64,000 bases of DNA from Fistulifera solaris (taxonomy: Eukaryota): contig AP026128.1 of NCBI GenBank assembly GCA_030295235.1, forward strand, positions 682,001 through 746,000, in the 5' to 3' direction. Positions 56,734-64,000 of this stretch are shown here, piece after piece. Positions within the stretch are counted from its first letter, which is position 1. Every line of letters starts with the position of its first letter. The notes below the pieces were generated by a model. The model was not told the origin of the DNA, searched no databases, and saw only the letters and a program-made list of their open reading frames with translations. A program made the position numbers and the translations under genes.

Positions 56734-57364
56734 GAAGAAAGCGGTCCCCTCTGAAACTCGTCTCTGTATTGTTGTATGCGTCTACTGCACTCTTCCGGCT
56801 GAAACTAGGTAATCTTCTTTGTCGATGCTGGCATGCCCAAGCCGTTTTGGCTGTTACAGTTCTTACCTCTCTCTTATGAATTGATAAAGGATGGAAGCTT
56901 TGTCATTCCAGCGTCAGCGCTCACAAAAACAACAGTTTTGTTTTCAAACTTGAAATGGCTGTCCTCGATCCTTGATCTTGGACTTGGATCGGCAACTGGT
57001 TTTTCTACTTCCCTCTCCACAGTCATTATGCTGTCCGACAGGTACCGGATGACATCATGATCTTTCTTCAACGACAAAACGGAGACTATCCCCACTCTTA
57101 ATGATAATGAATTCTTTAGGGCCGAGAACATTACCAACGGTCAAGTCTGCCGGATATTTAACGTTCATTTGCTTAAATTAACACTAAAGCCAATACTGAC
57201 GGATGAATCTTTGGTCACTTAGAGGATTGGAACTGCATGCTTGCAAGTGGCGAAAGCGCAACGGATATGATGTGGACGTAAAAAATATCACACCGCAAGA
57301 TTGCATTATTTCCTTGCCCCTGGAATGATACAGTTTGACGACTTGTAAACTCGTTGCAAGGAGA

Positions 57365-58326
57365 ATGACATCAACGATGTTACTTCATATCTTATTGCTA
57401 TCATTCCTCGCTATCCCCGCCGCTCATGGACAGGGATGCACGCTTTGTGCGGACGGATCGGAGCCGAGCGGGACAATTGGTGCGGACGATTGCGCGGTCC
57501 TCGCGGAGCAAGCCTTGGCCAATGTTCCCAGTATTTCGAGTATTTGCACGGATCTACAAACCAGAGGCTTCCAATATTGCAATTGCCCGACACTTCCGGA
57601 GGGTGCTAGTTGCTCGCTGTGTGCCGATGGCTTTTTCGAAATTGATAATCCGAATCGCGCAATTCCCACCTTCAACACAACCTGCGGAGATGTCCTTTTT
57701 CGGTCGAACCCGAACAGTGTCAGCGCAATGTGCGGGCACAGTACTATTGTGGATGTCCCGAAGCTGTCCCGTCCACGAATTGCTCGCTCTGTCCGCTGGA
57801 TCCGGAAGCGTTTGCACCGGATCAAGTCCTTTCGAATCCCGATCGCCGAGTACCTCCTACATTTGAAAATACTTGCCAAGACTACGATGATGCCACATCC
57901 ATGTTCGACGAGGAGACTTGCGGGCAGTTGTCCGAGAATTTGCCGATTAATCTGTCGGGCTACTGTGGTTGCCCCGCTGGGGATGCTTCCTCCGAAATCT
58001 GGTGTACGCTCTGTCCGGAAGGAAGCCCCGTCAAGACCGATACAGTGGCCTCTACAGCGGGAGGTTTTCAGCAAACCTGCGGCGACATGGCGACGGTGGC
58101 GGAATTTGTGACGGATCAACAATACTGCGACTCCCAAATCGTTTCATTGCGAACGACGTGTTGCGAAGGACAAACCGAGAGTCCGACCGGGGCGCCCGTG
58201 GGTTCGCCACCGACCAGCGAGCAAACGAGTCCGACCGCCGAAACACCCGTATCCGAAAGCAGTGGAGCTTCGCATGTGTTGACTTGCTTTGTGTGGGTGC
58301 TAGTCGCTCTTTGGTGGACGTTGTAA
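57365..58326 (+). CDS. Secreted Cys-rich repeat protein with a predicted GPI anchor; frameshift near 57700-57725
   Basis: Signal peptide ending AAHG. Four C(T/S)LC(A/P)xx...TC...YCxCP-type repeats. S/P/T stalk (ESPTGAPVGSPPTS). SSGA followed by a hydrophobic C-terminal tail. Confidence 0.75.
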
Positions 58327-58463
58327 TAAAGAATGGATCGCTTAGAAAACAGAAGATACGTCCAGCAACTTCTTACGCCACCTTGTCGATGGGCTTGGTA
58401 TTTAATTTATTCATAAAAGAAAACATATGTTTTTATGCTTTAGACATTTGGATGATCATCTAA

Positions 58464-61352
58464 CTAGTATTGCATCTCAAGGATAGCCAATAGGCATGTC
58501 GTTTCCATGATGGACTTGAGGTCATCGGGGCCAAGTACAGACTCAATTTTGTCTTTCTCGCTGGAAACAATATTCAACAATTCGATGCCCCGGTTCGCCC
58601 AGTACTTTGGCGATACGGCAGAATCCAAACCTGCACTCGTCTCGTCCAAAATTTGTAGTGCCGTCTGGCGTTTCTGTTCCAATTGCAGGGTTAGATCGTC
58701 CAAGGACTCGGCCATCCATTCCGCAGTCGACGAGCATACGCTCTGACACAATTTGACGATACCGGGGATGAGATTTGATCTTAAAGTTCCGAGCTCGAGA
58801 AGCCGCTTCGTATCGGCATCGTTCTCAAGTACAACCTCGTCCTCCGTAACGAGCCAACCACCGGGATGTTCCAGAACTTCGCGAAGAGCTGACTGAGCGG
58901 CATTGGCAGCTGATACGACGTTGCCACTCACGTCGCGCTTCTGCGAAATCAGCTGACGGTGTTTCTCCCTTCGTGCGATTTCAAGCTCCTTACTGTTCAA
59001 CCTGCTTTCATCAAATGTGTTAGCACCGACAGGTGTTGTTGTCGCAGAAGTTGTCTTCACATAGTTCCACTGGTTGTAAGCATTTAAAGCATTGAAGTAT
59101 GCTTTAAATGCGATAAATTCAGAGTGGGCTTGTTTCATTCGTAATCGCTTCACTTCTTGATCGACCGCAGTAACTTCAACCGCTTCTAGAATCTCAACAA
59201 ACTTGGACACGTTGTCAAGAATTTCGAGTGAAAGATCGTTGATAAAGGTATTCGCGCTAATCGTTTTATCAGCCAACAGAAACTGACGCAGCAAACGATT
59301 TGCAGCAACCAAGGCTTCAGCGCAATGTCGATCATCGAAATTGAGCCAGTCCACGGCCTTCATCTTGAGGAGATCATTCGGAGTTACATTTTTCGGGTCT
59401 ACCGATTCGTCTTCTTCCTCAAAAATGATAGAAACAACTCGCTTCAGAACATCCGAGTCCCAGTCGTTGCCAGGAAGAAGTTCACGGAGTTGGCGGACGA
59501 CAACCTCTCTTTCCTGCGGGCTTTCTATAGATGTCAAGTACATTGGAAGTGTTTCGAAAATAAAGGTGTCCGGTAGAAGAGAAGCGTACAATACAATCAT
59601 GTACCAAAGATCTTCGCGGGAGGCAAGATGTTCCACATAACGGCTCAACAACTCATTCTTCCATTCAGTAGAACCGTCTAGTGATGTCTGATTGATCGAA
59701 GACGAGAAAGAATCAAGGTAGAGAGCTAGGTGTGTCAAAAATCGGAGACTTGAATCGTCCACTACCTTGCTCATGGCTTCCGACATGAACTGCGAAATAG
59801 ATTCTCTGCCAATAATGAAGCTAGCGATTGCCCGTTCGATAATACCAGTACCCTGCATGCATTCGAAAGGGGCGATCTTGAGAATATGAATGACATCCGT
59901 TTCATTCCATCCAGCGACTTCAGTAGTGCTTCTCAGATAAGCCGATTCGACTTCCTCGTGTTCTGCAACGGGAAAGTAGGGTATCATTCGACGGCGATTG
60001 TTATTGCGAAGATGTAACAAATCGTCTTCGGTGCGATCCAGCATCGCTCGAATGGTCGCGTAAAGGCCGTGCTGCCAGGTTCGACACGAAGCATTGCTTA
60101 GCGCCACAGATAAATTCGATGAAAGCAGCGCCGAAATCGCGGTTTCTTCAGCTAACCCACCCTTCTGCTCGGAGAGCTTTTCCGCTTGAATCCACATCAT
60201 TCGCTTCCAAAGAAAGCGACGCGGGTTACCCGTCGATGCACCGTCCTCCGGCGCGCCACCACCCCAAACGGCAGCTCTCCAGGGAATTCCACTATTACGG
60301 GCCAACGATTTTGCGTCAGCGAGACGACCAGAAAGAATGAGCCCCAAAGCGTTTTTCAGTATTTCTGCATCTTTGTCGGTTTCTGGCAAGCCTTCCCGTG
60401 TAAGCTTGGTATTAATAATGTACTTTGTCTTGCGCGGACGTGTGGCGTCGTCGGGCAGCACATCTTCGAAACATTTCTCTAACCATGTGAGAATGCGCTG
60501 ACGTCGCTTTAAGACCAATGGACATCCTGTCCCATTGCAGTACAGTACATCCAAGAGTTCCTTATCACTGCGTTTGATGAAACTAGCTTGGCTTTCCAGA
60601 TACGATGAGATGATGTTATTGTAGCTATGCAAAGCCGACTGACTGTCATCCCAAAGCAACGAGGTAGTTCCTTGTTGACGCAGGAAATACAAAAGCAGCC
60701 AAAAGTTTCCTTCCTTACGAAAGGAGTCATCGACCGCATTCGTAGATCGATCCCAGCAGGCATAGTTCAATGCACGGAGGAAATCCAATTCAACCTGCGT
60801 TTCGTCCTTGATCAATTTTTGGTCGACTTGCGAGTCTGATCCTTCATTCTCGTCGACAATTATCATGGCGTCTTGCAGAAGTTCGGCTTTTTCGTTTTGT
60901 AAAGCCATGCGCTCACTCAAGCGGCGACGATCGCGAAGGTAGGTCAGAGAAGCATCGTAGTATCGCTTATAATCCGTGTGCGAGCTTTGGAAGGAAGGGT
61001 TGCTGCGACGAATAATAGGAGTCGCATCTTTTACTGATCGAGATACCCACGGAGATTGAATGTCGTGAGGAACGTAGTCATCCTCATCTTCCATCTTGTC
61101 GTCTTCCGTCCAATTCGGATCCGAGTTCATACTAGCAGCTGGCGTGTCCATACGCTTCAGTAAGCTCAGTGCAGGCGTTGCGGGAGCAGGAGCAAAGCTG
61201 ACATGCCGATCATTTGTATCCTCTTCCATCAAATAGCGATTCGTATCCTCTTCAAAGCTACGACGTCCTTGGCGTCCCGTGTGTTCGAAACGAGGTGATT
61301 GCCAACGGTCAATCTCAGCCGAAATTTTGGCTGCCTCATCTTCGTAATCCAT
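58464..61352 (-). CDS. NUP107: Nucleoporin Nup107/Nup84
   Basis: Intact 962-aa ORF with EGNFWLLL, ILTWLE, LILSGRLADAKSLARNSGIPWRAA, GNPRRFLWK, ETAISALLSSNL, TWQHGLYA and LRFLTHLALYL. Confidence 0.85.
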   Translation of the reverse strand: MDYEDEAAKISAEIDRWQSPRFEHTGRQGRRSFEEDTNRYLMEEDTNDRHVSFAPAPATPALSLLKRMDTPAASMNSDPNWTEDDKMEDEDDYVPHDIQSPWVSRSVKDATPIIRRSNPSFQSSHTDYKRYYDASLTYLRDRRRLSERMALQNEKAELLQDAMIIVDENEGSDSQVDQKLIKDETQVELDFLRALNYACWDRSTNAVDDSFRKEGNFWLLLYFLRQQGTTSLLWDDSQSALHSYNNIISSYLESQASFIKRSDKELLDVLYCNGTGCPLVLKRRQRILTWLEKCFEDVLPDDATRPRKTKYIINTKLTREGLPETDKDAEILKNALGLILSGRLADAKSLARNSGIPWRAAVWGGGAPEDGASTGNPRRFLWKRMMWIQAEKLSEQKGGLAEETAISALLSSNLSVALSNASCRTWQHGLYATIRAMLDRTEDDLLHLRNNNRRRMIPYFPVAEHEEVESAYLRSTTEVAGWNETDVIHILKIAPFECMQGTGIIERAIASFIIGRESISQFMSEAMSKVVDDSSLRFLTHLALYLDSFSSSINQTSLDGSTEWKNELLSRYVEHLASREDLWYMIVLYASLLPDTFIFETLPMYLTSIESPQEREVVVRQLRELLPGNDWDSDVLKRVVSIIFEEEDESVDPKNVTPNDLLKMKAVDWLNFDDRHCAEALVAANRLLRQFLLADKTISANTFINDLSLEILDNVSKFVEILEAVEVTAVDQEVKRLRMKQAHSEFIAFKAYFNALNAYNQWNYVKTTSATTTPVGANTFDESRLNSKELEIARREKHRQLISQKRDVSGNVVSAANAAQSALREVLEHPGGWLVTEDEVVLENDADTKRLLELGTLRSNLIPGIVKLCQSVCSSTAEWMAESLDDLTLQLEQKRQTALQILDETSAGLDSAVSPKYWANRGIELLNIVSSEKDKIESVLGPDDLKSIMETTCLLAILEMQY

Positions 61353-61742
61353 CCTTTCCAGAACTATGTCGACAAAGTGATAAACGAGTGCAAATTGCTG
61401 AAGATGTAATAGTATATCAGAAGAATGGATGCTTTACATCTCTTGGTTTTGTGTCCATGCGGTCGCAGTCGCAGAGATTGCGCATTGCGCACAGCACCGC
61501 GTGTTTTGCGTGTTTTGCGATTGTTTGCTGGAGGGGACAGAAGGACAGGGTGAATGATAGTTAGTCATGAGTCCCTAATGAGTCGCGAACGACTGAGTCA
61601 CATCAAAAAAGTTCGTTCGATTTTTTTTCTTTTTCCTTGCTCATCGCACATCATCGCAGATCCGGCAGATCGCATTGATGGGCTTCTCTATCGTCTGAAC
61701 TAGTTGTATTGACCATTTTCATCAAGCAAGATAAGATTACGA

Positions 61743-62857
61743 ATGAGTGCGGCGGAAGATCTAGCGCGGTTGGTTCAAGGGGGAGAAACAGAACACGAAA
61801 AATTCAGCTCTTTGTTGGACGACCTCGGGAAGAAGATTGAGAAGAAGAAAGTACGAGTCGGAGACGTTGCTACAATGATCAAGAGTCTATCTGCAGCTGA
61901 GAGGCATTTTCGAGCTCAGAAGAGAAAAGGGTCTGATCCGAACACATGGAATATTTTGTTGACGCGCTCGCAACAGTTCTTGAAACTTGCACATGAAATG
62001 AACACATTGGAAGTGCCCACGAACCGAGAAGATGAAGAAGACAACTCAGCAGACGGTGAGAATTGTCTTCCGAAAAATGTTTCTCAGTATTTGAATCGAT
62101 TGAAAAGGACAAGAAAGAGCTGTACAAAAACCCTCCGGTGCTGCCTCCTCCCAAAGTCGTCGTGGAGGAAGACTTTGTGAAGTCACCGTCCCGCGACGCG
62201 AAAACAGGTCGATTGACTTTTCCAGCCGGAAAAGACTCTTCTTTGAAAAAAGCTGTTGAAAGACTTTCATCCGAATCAAACTCCGGCCGAAGTACTTCGT
62301 GGTGGTAGCTTTGGAGGAACCTACTTTCGGACCATTAAATCTTCGGTCAACAACAAGACATACAACGGAAACGAAGTATTAGCCGATACTATCCCCGTAG
62401 ACTGGATCAAAGGATTAGACAAGAAACGAATGCTCACTTCTTCAACTTATAAAGTTGACGTTAATCGATACGGGGTTAAGTGCGGTGGTTCTCTTGGGAT
62501 GTGGGAGGTAAGTATTTGCTCAGCACGGTGTTGACATGTGGTTGATGATGTTATCTAACGACTTTCACTCAGAGCTCTGGTTGGATCTCGGACATAGATC
62601 CTTATGGGTGGTTCCAATGGTACTGTCGCTTCTATCAAGGTCGAAGGTGTTCGGACGATGCTAGACAAGTATCTCGATGGCTTGGTGTTGCCGGCCCGAA
62701 AGGTCGCTTTCGAAGTCAACTTTGTAATAAGATTCTCAGCGCAAATACCTCGGTCGACGATGCAAAAATATCTCCGGTCATCCGCCAGACTCTATTTCAT
62801 TGGGGTCTTTCGATAACCAATGATATTTTAGAGGAACACAAGAAGCGCAATAAATAA
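61743..62857 (+). CDS. Conserved hypothetical protein; intron 62508..62572; two frameshifts
   Basis: C-terminal domain FHPNQTPAEVLRGGSFGGTYFR...YGVKCGGSLGMWE|SSGWISDIDPYGWFQWYCRFYQGRRCSDDARQVSRW...GPKGRF...SPVIRQTLFHWG. Confidence 0.75.
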
Positions 62858-63234
62858 GTAAACAGACAACCAATCTTTCAAACTAATTTATATAAATACA
62901 TAGACTATGTCTCGAAATACATCTTGTCTATCTTGTGTCCTTTCACATAGCCCATAAAAAAAGTGTAGAGAGCGGGCGTATGGTTGGTTTGTATTAGGGA
63001 AAAAGTTACATGTCACTATCGGCATTTCTTATTTGCTGTTTAGACAAGGTGGTTTTGAGCACGTTTTCTGAAATCGTAGCTTCACTTTTTGAAACCCAAC
63101 GTCGCGATTTCAATGCGTAACAAAATAATGACAACGAATAAAATATTTGAAAGCACGACGAATGCGAAGAAAGACATCAATTGTGCCAACAAGATCTCGC
63201 TGCAATTCTATTATTTCAAAACCTCTTCATTGAA

Positions 63235-63633
63235 ATGATCCATTTATTCCAGGCCATCGGGTTCACGATCTTCTGGCTCATCAATGCAAGACTCGCTTTT
63301 CAACTGGTGCCGGTCAAGCATGTTGTCATGTTTTCGTTCCGACCAGAAGTCACTCGAAGTGAGATCAGAAAGGTCGAACAAGCCCTCTTCAATTTACCAA
63401 AAGAAATACCACAAATCCAAGAATTTGAACTAGGAAGTGACTTGAAGCTGATTGCTGGGCAGATAAATCCAGCAGGAAAGAATCGTGAATTGTGCTGGTC
63501 GGCAACCTTTAGTTGCGCATCGGATTACAAGAAATACGATCGACATCCCTCTCATGTGGCATTTCTGCAGACGATAAAACCTCTTATCTTACCAGGATCA
63601 CGCGCAGCGATTCAGTATAACATCAGGCAGTGA
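63235..63633 (+). CDS. Stress-responsive alpha/beta-barrel (Dabb) protein, probably plastid-targeted
   Basis: Signal peptide + LA-FQ. VKHVVMFSFRP...LPKEIPQI..FELG...F...DY..Y..HPSH. Confidence 0.8.
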   Translation: MIHLFQAIGFTIFWLINARLAFQLVPVKHVVMFSFRPEVTRSEIRKVEQALFNLPKEIPQIQEFELGSDLKLIAGQINPAGKNRELCWSATFSCASDYKKYDRHPSHVAFLQTIKPLILPGSRAAIQYNIRQ

Positions 63634-63861
63634 CACATTCGAGACGTAATGATTGCGTGATGTCAATCACTGCTTCTGTGTTATCTTCGTTACATAGTGT
63701 CGTGGTAATAAGTCGTCTAATAGGGAATGTCTCTTTGACGGATCAATTGGATACCGTGCGCCTGTTGTTGCAAGATGAAATTGTGCACGTGTAAACGTGC
63801 CGAGATTATGTTTCTATAAAAAGAAAAAATTGTATAGTTCAATCAATCATTCATAATCTGG

Positions 63862-64000
63862 TTAGATGTAAGAGGACGACTCGTCCCCGTCCCCAGCTGA
63901 TTCTTCCACAGGATCAGGTAGAGATATCTGCTGCCAAGCCTGAATAGTGCCGGGTGAAAACGTATGCCCAAAACGTTGCTCGGCCATGACAAGGAGATTG
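63862..64000 (-). CDS. Probable 3' end of a gene entering from beyond the window
   Basis: Open frame NLLVMAEQRFGHTFSPGTIQAWQQISLPDPVEESAGDGDESSSYI* followed by an AT-rich stretch. Confidence 0.35.
   Translation of the reverse strand, partial: NLLVMAEQRFGHTFSPGTIQAWQQISLPDPVEESAGDGDESSSYI

Noticed and set aside
56874..57137. 87-aa intergenic ORF
   Set aside because: No ATG at the listed start, no motif and no supporting context.

Overview
This is a gene-dense eukaryotic nuclear window, most likely from a diatom. The evidence is short GT-AG introns, four proteins with ASAFAP-like bipartite plastid presequences, a chitin synthase and a secreted double-SET protein. About 27 protein-coding genes are supported. 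They include a PLU-1/PHD protein, TMEM43, UTP10, a METTL21-like methyltransferase, a glutaredoxin-like protein, TBC-TLDc, Pin1, UBAC2-like, Kish, SmF, chitin synthase, FKBP, MAK5/DDX24, a KICS2/C12orf66-like protein, PSF1, bL33, a second DEAD-box helicase, an R3H-SUZ protein, eIF2-beta, a 5xSAP plastid protein, a Cys-rich GPI protein, NUP107 and Dabb. Many genes are broken by frameshifts; the ones inspected are single-base losses in homopolymers, which look like assembly errors. Non-coding highlights: (i) four unusually long introns (~175-215 bp), two of which clearly encode snoRNAs with readable rRNA guides (a double-guide C/D snoRNA in MAK5 and a SNORA21/snR10-like H/ACA snoRNA in the KICS2-like gene); (ii) a 5'-truncated CRE-clade non-LTR retrotransposon; (iii) three dispersed or tandem repeat families; (iv) an unassigned, strongly structured intergenic RNA candidate near 48.8 kb. 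All family assignments come from motif recognition by eye; no database search was run.
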